64,000 nt of DNA, taken from NCBI GenBank assembly GCA_000004695.1, contig CM000150.2, forward strand, positions 2,912,001 through 2,976,000. Reading direction: 5' to 3'. The DNA is from Dictyostelium discoideum. Its lineage: Eukaryota. Positions 13,272 through 32,303 of this stretch are shown here, one piece after another; the first letter of the stretch is position 1; the number at the start of each line of letters is the position of its first letter. The position numbers and the translations under genes are program-made. The notes under the pieces are model-generated. The model saw only the letters and a list, made by a program, of their open reading frames with translations, searched no databases and was not told where the DNA came from.

Positions 13272-13959
13272 TGTAAAGAATAAAATTAATTTCTTTAAAG
13301 CGAAATCTGAAAATCAGATATTGTAAATTGTCAAAGGAAATTAAATTAGTTATTTCTTTTCATTTAAATAATATAATTAAGGGGTATAGACTATATGTTT
13401 GAAAGGCATCTTTAAAATTAAAGGAAAAAATGAAGAATTAGTATATCATTTTAAATAACTGTTCAATATTTAAATGAAAAAAATATATTTGAATTTTGGT
13501 TTTTTAATTTTTAGTTTTTAAATTTTTTTTTATTTTAAAAACAACTTTTTTTAAAATAAAAAATTGCAATTATTAACCACCTATAGCAGAAATGAATATT
13601 TCCAGTTTTTAAACGTTTTTTTTTTTATTTTTTTTTTTTTTATTATATTTTTCTACATGATTTTGTGTATTTTTATGTTTTTTTTTTTTTATTTAAATTT
13701 TGAAAATTTAATTTTCACTTTTTTTTTTTTTTTTTTTTTTTATCTTGAAATTTTTTTATTTTGTTTTAAGATCAAAAAAAAAAAAAAAAAAAAAAAAATG
13801 TTAATTCAATGATTATAAACATCATTTCTGAAATTTAATTTATTTCTTTCCTATGAAATAATAATTAAACACCACACCCCAACCATTAATTTTTTTATTT
13901 TTATTTTTATTTTTTTTTTCAAAATCTTCGCATTTTTGATTTTTTTTTTCTGAAATCTT

Positions 13960-13994
<35 letters not shown>

Positions 13995-14041
13995 CACATA
14001 CGACATTTTTTTTTTTTTTTTCTTATATATTGCTCCACAAG

Positions 14042-17000
14042 ATGAAATTAGAACAAAGGATATTTTTTTTAATATGCCTAGTTATCAACTCTTTCTCTAA
14101 TTGTAAGTCTACAATAAATTTATTTAATATTTTTCACATTTTTACTAACCTTTTAAAATAAAAAATAAAAAAATAAAAAATAAAATAATAAAATAATAAA
14201 AAAAAGGTAGTCTTTTGGTTGCTCCAGATGGTTATTATAACATTTACCGAGAAAATAAAATTGAAAATATTTTAAATTTAAAACCAAATGGTAACAAATC
14301 ACAAGATTCATATTATCCAGATGTGTGTAGTAAAGCGGTAAAAAATAAAGAAGGTGTAAAAAGTTTTATCTTATCTTCATTCCCTCTTTCAACTAAAGAG
14401 TATGCTAACGTTATTGTAACAAAGGGTATGTAGATTTTATTTTTATTTTTTATAGTAAATTATAGTATATTTATAAATATTAACAATAAGCAATTAATTC
14501 CTAGGTTCACATATGACATTGGGTGATGGAGAATATCATCAAATATTTAATATCAATAGATTTTTGAATATAGTTTGTGTTGAGGGTTCACTTGTATTTA
14601 GTACAAAAGATGTTGTATATATGAGTGCGTTGGTAATATTACCTGGTGGTAATTTTGAATGTATAGATTGCACCATCAAATTTCGAGATCTATATCCAAC
14701 CAACTCATTAATTGACCCATTTGGTTTTTTACCTGGAATTATTACTTTGGGAGGTTCATTATCTCTTTTAGGAAAGCAAAAAACTGTGTATAGTGCAGTT
14801 TTAATAGATGAAAATATATTAGAGGTTCAGGATATTTCATCACTAGATATTTTCAATGGTTATAGTTTATTTATTTTTAGCGAATCATTTCCTTTGGGAA
14901 AGGCATCAACTTTTACTTTTAATTCAAATCAAATAAAAGTTTTGGAAATCAAAATACCAAAAACAGATAAAAGCATTAGAGTATTTTTTTATTCAAGATT
15001 TTCTACTTTCTCAACTTCAACTACTGCTTCAATTCATATCACAGGTAACTCAAATGTGCATATCGAAAACTTTTATATAGACTCTTTTGGGAGGACAACA
15101 AACGATCAATATAGCGATACAGAATTGATTTTCTCTCAAGATGATCCAAATTTAATTACTGGGTTTATAAATGGTAGCAATCAAAGATTTAGAAGTTCTT
15201 TATATATAGAGCATTCAAATAATGTTACCATAAAAAATAGTGTTATACTTGAAAATAGAGGAGAAACAAGATCACCATTAATATTCTTTGGTTCAAATGT
15301 AAATATATCAGGTAATATAATATCAAGTAAATCTGGCTCAAGTTTAATAGCGCAATATGGAACTGAAAATATTCAATCAACAAATAATTATTATTCATTA
15401 TCTTTACCACTTTTAAAATCATTAAATTCAACTCTTGATAGTATGGATTATGGAAATGAAGGAAATGGTATTTTTTCGATATCGCCAAAAATAAATTCTA
15501 TTAATGATATATTCAATGGGCAAATAATAGCAATCAATCATATAATATTATCAGATAGATCAAGTATTACAGGATTTGATAAAGATTGCTATTCACCATG
15601 CTATAATGATTCGATAAGAGTTTCAAGTAAAGTTCAACATTCAGTGGAATTTAAAATAACAGGATCAACATTTATTAGTTCATCAAATTACTCTGAAAGT
15701 AGTTTTCTTTTTAGAATCAGCGAAACAGGTAGTAAACAAAGTTCATTTTATAAAATAATAAATTCAAATTTAAGTTATCCAATTTCAGTATTGTTAGAAA
15801 ACAATGCATTTATATTAGATAATGTTTATGGTTTTGGTAATTTTACAATTAATGGTCTTATTAAAAGATTGGATATAATAAACTCAACATTAGATCCTTC
15901 TGTAACATCATCAATAAGTTTAAGCAATTTTTCAAAAGCAATTAGTATTCAAAATTCATTTATGGATTATAGATCATTTCAAAAACAAAACAATCAAATC
16001 TATGGATCAATTATTACACCTTACCTCTACTATTTCGAAAATACAATGAATCTTATAAAAGTATCAAAAATGTATCCAAATGTAAACCATCAAATTTTAG
16101 CAGGTACAGTACTAAATATGGGTATTGAAATTATAATTATAGCACCATTATTTGGGAAAATGGATTGCATATTTGAAGATGAAAGTGGTATTCAAACAAT
16201 ACCATTTAATAAATCAAGTAATTCATGTGTTTTACCATACTTATTTAAAAATGAAGGCTCATTTAATGTACGAGTTACATTATCACTAACGAAATCTTTA
16301 GATAATATTATATTTCAAGTATATTTTCCAATGGTTACAGTATTTAATATATATTCATTTTATTCAGGATGGGCAATGATTGATTCAAATATAGAAAAAG
16401 AAATAATAATAGATGGTAATATATTTAAAAAAGGTTGTCAACAACAGGTATTAGGTAATTGTACAATATCAACAAATTCAAAGTTAATAACAGGTTTACC
16501 AAGTGTAACAGAATCAGACAAACTTAATAGACTATTTTCAAGTGGTATAACATCTATCAACCCATATGAACCTGTAACAATAACAATACCAATTGATAAA
16601 GAATCAAAAAAGAATCAAATCCAATTATTTTTCACTCACCAACCAATTGATATAGAAACCAGTCTATTATCAATATATGTAGAGAATCAACCAATATTCC
16701 TTTTAGAACCATTACAAAGTAATTTAGATTCAACATTTAAAAATTTAACATTTCATTATGAAAATTCAAAATCATTAGAAAAAATCAAAATTACATTTAT
16801 AACAAGAGGCGATATTTATTTAACATCTACAGCGATTTATTCATCAACTAACCAACCTATATATAACGAAGTTATTGGTATAAATGAACAATTAAATATA
16901 TTAGCAATTGTACTACCAATAACGATTTCATTGTTTGCAGCGGCATCAATATTGGCTGGTTATTTAGTAATTAAAAAATATAAAAAACCAAACATGTATT

Positions 17001-18199
17001 ATAATAGAAATACCAATGGAAATATCGGAATGAAGGTTTTCTCAACAAAATTTAAAAGAAGACCCAAAAAGGTAATACCACTTTCAATCCCATTAAGTAC
17101 AAATAGAATTACAAAGAAATCATTACAATCTTTAGATTCAATGGCTGAAAACCCTGTGATATTACTTTCCATTCCAGAATTGGAGAAAGCCAATGAACCA
17201 GAATTTAATCCTGAAAAAACTTTCTTACAAGAATCAGAATTATTAGATTTACCAACACCAAAGGTAGAACCAGAAGAGCCAAGAATTAATATTGTTCCCC
17301 TCCCTCGTTTTCCAACCGTATATAAAAAAGAAGATAACGATAAATTATTAAAAGAATTGAATATAACTGGTCCTATCACCTCTGAAAATATTGAATCATT
17401 CTTTGAAGTTGATGTTGGTTTGCCATCTTTAATAATAAAGAATGAATCTGAAATCATTCTACAAGAAATTGATTATATTGAAACTGGTGAAATTCAAGAA
17501 ATGGAAGGTAGCTTTTTGGAAGATAAATCAACTGATACAACCGTTATAGTAACAAAAAGTGATGGTTTACCTAAATTTTTTCAAACCAAAGTCTTTTCCA
17601 AACGATTTAATGATATATCCAAATTTGATAATGATTTCTTTGATCTAAAGGAATACATAGTTGAACATCAAGAAGAATCTTTTGAAATACCTTTTATGAC
17701 CTCGGAAGATGAAGTAGATGAAACCAAAATTAATATAATAGACTTTTTACTCAGTCCCAAATCTAATAAAGTTGCACTAAATATGTATTTAAAATCATTT
17801 CAAAATAGAAACCATAAACTTTGTTATGGAAAGTATGGTTCAAATAAAAATTCTATTCTTGTTATTGAAGGCACATCTTATTATTATGATTGTACAGATG
17901 TTAGGTTACCAATATCAACACCTCGTAGTAATCTTAATTTTGGAATAACAGATGGTAATAAATGTATAGTTGATAGAAAATATAGAGAAAGGTTACAATA
18001 TATAAATGTTTATAGTGAACCATTTAGAATTTATACTCTTTTTCCAGATAGTAATGATAATGTAACAATTACAACTTCAGAATGTTGTAAAGAAATAGAC
18101 CCATTTGGTTCATTAGATGTAGATATATTTGTAACTTTAAAAACAACAACCAAAGTAAGTATTTTAAAAAAAAAAAAAAAAAAAAAAGAATTATAAACT

Positions 18200-18230
<31 letters not shown>

Positions 18231-19347
18231 CATAAAAAAAACATAATAATAGTTTAATGAAAAAGTTACAATTCGTTATGAAACTGATGATAAAGAATTA
18301 GCATTTTCAACATTTGTTTATTTAAATTTAGAGAGTCAAGTATCATCAAAAATTGATTTTGATGAAATAGTTCTCGAAAAATATTTATCTGAAGGTTCAT
18401 TTGGAGTTGTATATAGTGCTATTTGGAGATCATCATCAGTTGCGGTCAAATTATTCAAACATCATTATTCTAAAGATGAAATTGATAAAGAAACATCAAT
18501 TTTATCAAAAATAAAACATCCAAATATAGTTTCATTCATTGGAAGTTTAAATTTTTTAAATACATATGGTATTGTAATTGATTATCATCCAAGAGGTTCT
18601 TTAAATTATTATACTCGTAATCAAAATATTAAACTATCAATGGTACAAAATATTAGGTATGTAATAATTAAAATATTATTATTTATTATTATTATATTAT
18701 TTATTAATTTTTTTTTTTTTTTTAGGATTTCATTGGATATTTCAAGAGCTTGTTCATTTCTTCATAAAAATGGTATTATTCATCGAGATTTAAAACCAGA
18801 TAATGTTTTAATTGTTTCATTTGATCCAGATTCTTCAATTTGCGCAAAGATATCAGATTTTGGTACTTGCAGAGGTATGTTTTTTTTTTTTTTTTTTTTT
18901 GATATATTCAAATTTTTTTTTTTTTTTTTGAATTCAACTAACTATTTTTGTTTTAAATTAAAAAAAGAAATTAATGGAAAGCATGAATTAAACTCAAAAG
19001 CTGGAACAACACGTTATATGAGTCCAGAAATTTTAGAAGGTCTTCCATATACATATTCTACAGATGTTTATTCTTTTGCAATCCTTTTCTTTGAATTACT
19101 TTCCGGAAGAGTACCATTTAGAGAAATTCCAAAAAGAGAAATTCCAAGATTTGTACGTTTAGGAACAAGACCTCGTTTAGATCAAGATGTATTTGCCGAT
19201 AATGATATATCATTAATTTTATTAGCTTGTTGGAATCCAAATCCTCGTGGTAGACCAACATTTGATACTTTAATAGATTTATTAGAAAAATTATTAAAAA
19301 AATATAAAGAAAGAGCAAAAAGAAATAAAAAAAATCAAAATCAATAA
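14042..19347 (+). CDS. Receptor-like kinase, paralog C: signal peptide, beta-helix-like extracellular domain, transmembrane helix, long cytoplasmic linker, intact Ser/Thr-type (TKL-like) kinase domain
   Basis: Six exons: 14042-14102, 14207-14425, 14505-18154, 18253-18656, 18726-18874, 18968-19347. The TM helix is LAIVLPITISLFAAASILAGYLVI. The kinase has GSFGVVYSA, VAVK, HRDLKPDN, DFG and TTRYMSPE, with introns inside the catalytic domain. Confidence 0.75.
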
Positions 19348-19413
19348 TCGTTGGTTATTTTGTATAAATATACATTAAAATAGTGATATTTTATTAAATA
19401 AATAAATTGTTGT

Positions 19414-19464
<51 letters not shown>

Positions 19465-20514
19465 TTAATTACAAAAAGGAATTTTTAAAGTTGATCTTAA
19501 AATTAAATTACTTAATTGAACAATTACAACTTCAGGTTTTATTATTGGAATAAAATGAGTTGAATAAATTGAAAATTGAAAAGAGTTTTTTGATAATTTT
19601 GATAATTGATGTTGTCTTGAAACCCAAGATTCTGTATCATTAGAATTTGAAACAACCACCATTGGTAAATTACCTAATGGATTATTTGGAATTGATGAAG
19701 AATTAAATAATTCATCTAATCTTTGAGAACTTGATGTTAATGTAGACAATTCTTGATGTAAAGCTTTTAACATATTTTGATTTGGGTTTGTAATAATTTT
19801 TTGAGTAATTTCAATTGATGGAAATATTAATTTCGAATTATTTGTAAACCAACCTTGATCTTGAGTTAACATACCCTGACCACATATTAATTTAAACATA
19901 TCATTTGGTAAACTAATTACTGATTCTAATTGTTGAATTTGATTTTCAAGTTGACTATTGAATAAAGGATCGATATAATTTCTAAATGAACTATCAATAG
20001 TTAATATACCTTTTATTAATTGTGGATATTTCATAGAAAACATTTGAGCATTTAAACCACCATATGACCAACCAACATAAAAAAATCTTTTATTTTTTAA
20101 AAATGGTATTAAATCAATGGATTGTTTTAGCATTGAAACAAAATTTTCAACGCCAAGTGGTTCAGGTGAAAGATCTGACCATCCATAACCATATCTATCA
20201 AAGAAACATGCACTCTCGATACCCATTGCAGACATTACTTCTTTTTTTGACATTAATTCAATAACATTACCATATGCGGAAGAAAAGAAAGGAAATCCGG
20301 AATCAAAAATTGCAATTTCACCCTTTGAAAAATTTGGATCTTGATTTTTATAACATCTAAAATGCATTTTTAAACCATTAACCATTGGAAAGTAACTTAC
20401 ACCTTTATCATTTTTTCCAATTAAATTTGGTAATGGATAATTTTCATTCATTTGATTATTTGAAAAACAATATTTAATATTACAAATTAAAAATAAAAAT
20501 AAAATAATTATCAT
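19465..20514 (-). CDS. Secreted alpha/beta-hydrolase-fold protein
   Basis: ATG at 20514 with N-terminal signal peptide MIIILFLFLICNIKYCFS. GWSYGG nucleophile elbow (G-x-S-x-G). Read as a single exon. Confidence 0.6.
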   Translation of the reverse strand: MIIILFLFLICNIKYCFSNNQMNENYPLPNLIGKNDKGVSYFPMVNGLKMHFRCYKNQDPNFSKGEIAIFDSGFPFFSSAYGNVIELMSKKEVMSAMGIESACFFDRYGYGWSDLSPEPLGVENFVSMLKQSIDLIPFLKNKRFFYVGWSYGGLNAQMFSMKYPQLIKGILTIDSSFRNYIDPLFNSQLENQIQQLESVISLPNDMFKLICGQGMLTQDQGWFTNNSKLIFPSIEITQKIITNPNQNMLKALHQELSTLTSSSQRLDELFNSSSIPNNPLGNLPMVVVSNSNDTESWVSRQHQLSKLSKNSFQFSIYSTHFIPIIKPEVVIVQLSNLILRSTLKIPFCN

Positions 20515-21203
20515 TTTTTTTTTTTTATTACAAAAAAAAAAAAAAAAAAAATTAATATACAAATAAAATAAAATAAATAAATAAATAAATAAAATAAATA
20601 AAATTAATATATATAAATAAAAATTAATATATAGATGATTATATATATAAAATATACAAAAATAAATAAATTTTTAATTTAAACAATTACATAAAAATAA
20701 ATTAATTAAAATTAGTAATAATAAAAAAATAAATTTTAGATATTTTTTTTTTTTTTTTAAATAATAGATAAAATTTTAAAAATAAAAAAATAAATTATTA
20801 ATAATAATAAAAAAAAAAAAAAAAAAAAAAGAAAAAAAACTATTAATAGAATCTTTTAAATTATTTTGAACAGAAAGATTAAACAATGATTTTTTTATTA
20901 TTGTTATTGTTGGAAAGATTTATTTTTTTTTTTTTTAAAATTTGAGTGCATCTATTTTTGAAAATTTATGATTTTTTTTTTATTTATAAATTTACACAAA
21001 TATATTGATATAAAATGAAATTTAATTTGAATCATAATACTACCCCTTTAATAATTTTTTTTTTTTTTTTATTATCAGGGAATGATGATGCAATAAATAA
21101 CATTTAAAAAATTGGTGAGACCAGAAATAAAAAATTGAGAAACAAAACAGTGTATCTGTTAATGGGTGAGTGTGGTTTAAATTATTACTGTTAATATTTA
21201 TTT

Positions 21204-21265
<62 letters not shown>

Positions 21266-21711
21266 AAAATAAAAAAGAAATTGATTTATTAATTATTTCA
21301 TCCAATTCATTATTATTGCTATTTATTTTTATTATCATCTCTCAAAATTGTAAGTGGTTATTTTAAAAATACTATTTTATTTTTATAACGATATAATTAT
21401 AAAATCTTATTAAAAGTAAACAGGAAAAAATAAAAAAAAAATATATTGGCTCGATCACCAAACAGCGAACCAAATTTTTATAAAATAATAAAAGGAAGGA
21501 AAAGTATATATTTTTATTAATTTGTGTCGGTACAATTTAACTTTTTTTTTCTTTTTTTCTTCTTTCTTTTTTTCTATAAAAAAAAAATTAAAAAATATAA
21601 AATTAAAAAAATAAAAAGGTTGGAAAAAAAAAAAACAAAAAAAAAAAAAGATTAGGTTTTTTTTTTTTTTTTTCTTTGTCAAGGTAGTTGATGGGTGGTT
21701 GTTATTGATTA

Positions 21712-26961
<5,250 letters not shown>

Positions 26962-27435
26962 ATCTATGTTTTATAAAATATCCAATTAGTATCCATTTTT
27001 TTTTTTTTTTTTATTTTCTACCTATATTTATCCAAAATCTCTCTCTCTTCTCTATTTTTCTCTCTCTATTTTTTTCTTCTCTATTTTTTTTTTTATTATT
27101 ATTATTATTTTTTTTTTTTTTTTTTTTTTTTATTGTACATACCCTCATAAGGATTTTTTATTATAGATGTCTCCAGCTTTGAAAGCTGCGCCATTATATA
27201 TAAACGTCTTTTTTTTTTTTTTGTTTTTTTTTTCTTTACAGGTTTGAAGAAAAAAAAAAATAAAAATAAAAATAAAAATAATAATTACACAAAAAAGTAC
27301 GAAAAAATAATTTGTGATGTTTTAATAATAAGGTTTGTTAAAGATTGAAATTTTGTGTGTATATATATATATAATATGTATAAATTAAAAAAAAAAAATG
27401 GAGAATTTGATTGTATATATAATGATGAAAATAAA

Positions 27436-27467
<32 letters not shown>

Positions 27468-27475
27468 CTATGTGA

Positions 27476-27513
<38 letters not shown>

Positions 27514-27817
27514 TATGTGTGTGTTTTCTATACAGGTTAGAAAAAAAAAAAAAAAAGAGAAAAAAAAAAAAAAAATTTTTAAAAAAAAAAAAATAAAAAA
27601 AATAAAATAAAAAAAAAAAAATTAAAAAAAAATAAAATTTTTATTATTTTTTTTTATTTTTTTTTATTTTTTTATTTTTTTTTTAACCAAAACGACATTA
27701 TTTGATAACACTGTATTGGCAGTGTATATATTAAACAGGCATGTTTAAAATTTTTTTTTAAAAAAAAAAAATTATTTAATTATCGCACTGCGTTTGTATA
27801 TTTCGATTTAAAAATAC

Positions 27818-27856
<39 letters not shown>

Positions 27857-28067
27857 TGCTGGCAATAATTTAGGAAATATAAGTCCTCAACAATCGAATT
27901 CTTCTGAAATATCTCCAACCAATTGAACAATTAAAAAAAAAAAAAAAAAAATTAAAAAAAAAAAAAGATTTATTTATTCAAAAATAAGTTTTAAATTTAT
28001 TTTTTTAAATTTATTTTTTTAAAATTATTTTTTTAAAATTATTTTTTAAATTTTATTTTTAAATTTT

Positions 28068-29175
<1,108 letters not shown>

Positions 29176-29555
29176 TTGATTTTAAACTTTTATTTGAGAA
29201 GTTTTTGGAATGAAAAAATAAAAAAAAAAAAAAATGAAATGGAAAAAAAAAAATAAAAATATAATTTGTTTGCGACAGTAAAAATTTAAAAATAAAAAAA
29301 AAATAAAAAAAAAAATAAAAAAAAAATATTCCATGTTTTGACTTTTAAATTGAAAAAATAATAATATGTAAATAAAAAAAGAATTATTTTTTTTTTTTTA
29401 TTTTTTTTTTTTACAATTATAACCAAATATAGTAATAATATTGGTTTTTTTTTTTTTTTTTTTTTTTTATTTTAGGTTACACATAAATTGGAATTGAAAG
29501 TTTTTTTTTTTTTTTTTCAATTTAAAATTACAATAAAAAATGTGATTTCTTTTTT

Positions 29556-29915
29556 TTAACTATCGGCAGCCTTTGCTTTAATTTCACCTAATAATGCAGA
29601 GTGATTGTTTGGTTTAATTGTAGTATTTTCATTAATCTTTGGTGCAGATTTATCATCAGTCTCAGCGTGTTTTAATTTAGCACCTTGTTCAACCTCGGAA
29701 AGTAAACTTGCGTGATCGTTCTTCTTAATGTGGACATCTACGTTTTGGTAAAATATAAAAATTAAAAAATTAGTTTAAAATTTAATTTATTAATTTATTT
29801 ATATAACGGGATATTTACCAGAACCAATCTTTGGGGCACTCTTATCTTGGGTTTCGGTGTGTTTTAAATCAGCACCTTTGTTGATTTCAGCTAATAATGG
29901 ATTTGGGGCAGACAT
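29556..29915 (-). CDS. abnA: Actobindin-type protein with two WH2 repeats, divergent copy
   Basis: Two exons of 97 and 182 nt with a phase-1 intron. The protein is MSAPNPLLAEINKGADLKHTETQDKSAPKIGS/DVHIKKNDHASLLSEVEQGAKLKHAETDDKSAPKINENTTIKPNNHSALLGEIKAKAADS, about 92 aa. The repeated LKH(A/T)ET(Q/D)DKSAP motif is the actobindin signature. Confidence 0.7.
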
Positions 29916-30535
29916 TGTGTGTATATTTATATTTATTTATAATTTGTATGTTTGTGAGTTAATTAAAAAATTAATTTTTTTTTTGGGTTTTTATTAAAAA
30001 AAAAAAAAAATAATAAAAAATTAAAATTAAAAAAAAAAAATTAAATAAAAATTAAAATTAAAAAAATTAAAATTAAAATTAAATTCATTGAAAATCAAAA
30101 CAGTTGGCTTGATTTGTGTTATTAAAAAAAAAAATATTTTCTTTTTTTTTTTTTTTTTATTTTTTTAATTTTTTATTTTTTATTTTTTTGGTTTTTTTTT
30201 ATTATCAATTCAATTTGGAAATTCAGCCCCAGTTCAAAGAAAATTATTGACAATGAAAATAAGAAATAACAATTTTTTAAAATAAATGGAATTTTGTTTG
30301 GAAATTATAGTTACTATAAACCAAATTATTTTTAATAATTGATTTTTAAATAAAGAAAAAAAAAAAAAAAAAATATATATTTAGTAATAAAATTTTAAAT
30401 AAAGAAAAAAAATATTTAATAATTAATTTTTAAATAAAGCAAAAAAATAATTTTAACAATTTTTTTTTTTTTAATACAACATTTTTTTTTTATTTTATTT
30501 TTTTTTTTCGTTAATAAATAATTTAACATTATAAT

Positions 30536-30924
30536 TTATTCTTGAGCTTTTGATTTGATTTCGCCTAATAAAGCAGAGTGGTTGTTGGATTTGACGGTGG
30601 CACCTTCAGTGACTGGAGCTGAACGATCTTGAGTTTCAACATGTTTTAATTGAGCACCTTTTTCAACTTCACCAAGTAAAGAAGAGTGATCATTCTTTTT
30701 GATTGGAACGTCTGTTAATTTTATTATTTTGGATATTAATTATTTGGAAATATTTTTTTTAAAAAAAAAAATAAAAATAAAACAAAATAAATAAATAAAT
30801 ATAAAAAATTTTAAAATAAAATATTACTTTCAATTATTGGGGCACTCTTATCTTGGGTTTCAGCGTGTTTTAAGTCAGTACCTTTGTTGATTTCAGCTAA
30901 TAATGGATTGGCAGTGGTAGACAT
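30536..30924 (-). CDS. abnB: Actobindin-type protein with two WH2 repeats
   Basis: Exons 30924-30828 and 30711-30536. The protein is MSTTANPLLAEINKGTDLKHAETQDKSAPIIE N VPIKKNDHSSLLGEVEKGAQLKHVETQDRSAPVTEGATVKSNNHSALLGEIKSKAQE. Confidence 0.7.
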
Positions 30925-31010
30925 TATGTTAATTTATATTTATTTATTTATGATTTGTTGTTAAGGAAAATTAAAATAAAAATTTTTGAAATTTATATTA
31001 AATCAAAAAC

Positions 31011-31064
<54 letters not shown>

Positions 31065-31584
31065 AAAAAAAAGGCAACTGTTTCAAATAATAAAAAATTT
31101 AATTAAAATAATGTTTGATATTTTTAAAAAAAAAAATGATAAAAAATGAACTTCTGAAATAGATATTTTTTTTTTTTTTTTTAAAAAAAAATTTATTAGA
31201 AAAAAAAAAAAAAAAAAAAATTAATAATAAAAAAAAAAATGTATATGAAAAAAAATTTATATATAAAAAATTTTGAATACAAAAATGAATGAACGATTAT
31301 AAAATTATTTTAAATATTATTTATTAGTTATTATTTTATTTTTTTTTATTTTATTTTTTTTTTATTGATAATAGTATGGATTATTTGTTCATTTTCAACT
31401 AAAATAATTTTAAACCCACCCAAGATCCACAAAAAAAAATTTTCAACCCATTTTTTTTTTTCAAACCATCCAATTTTTTTTTTTTATTTTTTTTTTTTTT
31501 TGGTATAAAAACATTCACTTTTTTTTTTTTTATTTTATCAATCACAAACAAAAATAAATACAAATATAAATATAAATAAACATA

Positions 31585-31987
31585 ATGTCTACCACTGCCA
31601 ATCCATTATTAGCTGAAATCAACAAAGGTACTGATTTGAAACACGCTGAAACCCAAGATAAGAGTGCCCCAATAATTGAAAGTAATATTTTATTTTTTAA
31701 ATTTATTTAATATATTCCACCCTCTCCCCCCCCCCCACCCACACAAATAATATTAAAAAACTAATCCAATATTTTTTTTAATAAAATAAAAAATAATAAT
31801 AATAATTAACAGACGTTCCAATCAAAAAGAATGATCACTCTTCTTTACTTGGTGAAGTTGAAAAAGGTGCTCAATTAAAACATGTTGAAACTCAAGATCG
31901 TTCAGCTCCAGTCACTGAAGGTGCCACCGTCAAATCCAACAACCACTCTGCTTTATTAGGCGAAATCAAATCAAAAGCTCAAGAATA
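31585..31987 (+). CDS. abnC: Actobindin-type protein, inverted duplicate of the 30536-30924 gene with an identical protein
   Basis: Exons 31585-31681 and 31812-31987. Exon 2 is 100% identical at nucleotide level to the reverse complement of 30536-30711. Exon 1 differs by two synonymous changes. Confidence 0.7.
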
Positions 31988-32048
31988 AATTATGAAAATC
32001 GAATAATATAATTAAAATTATAATAAAAAGGGTTTTAATTAATGTATA

Positions 32049-32083
<35 letters not shown>

Positions 32084-32146
32084 ATTTATTTCTTTCTATT
32101 TATTTATTTCTTTTTTTAATAAATGTTTTATTAAAACTAAAATTGA

Positions 32147-32177
<31 letters not shown>

Positions 32178-32303
32178 ATTTGGATCAAATTGAATATTTC
32201 CAGGTTTTAACCCAATTTTGTGAAAGTCTTGGAAGAAAAAAAAAAAAATATAAAAAAAAAAAAAAAATAATAATTTAAAAAAAAAAAAAACTAATTTTAG
32301 AAT

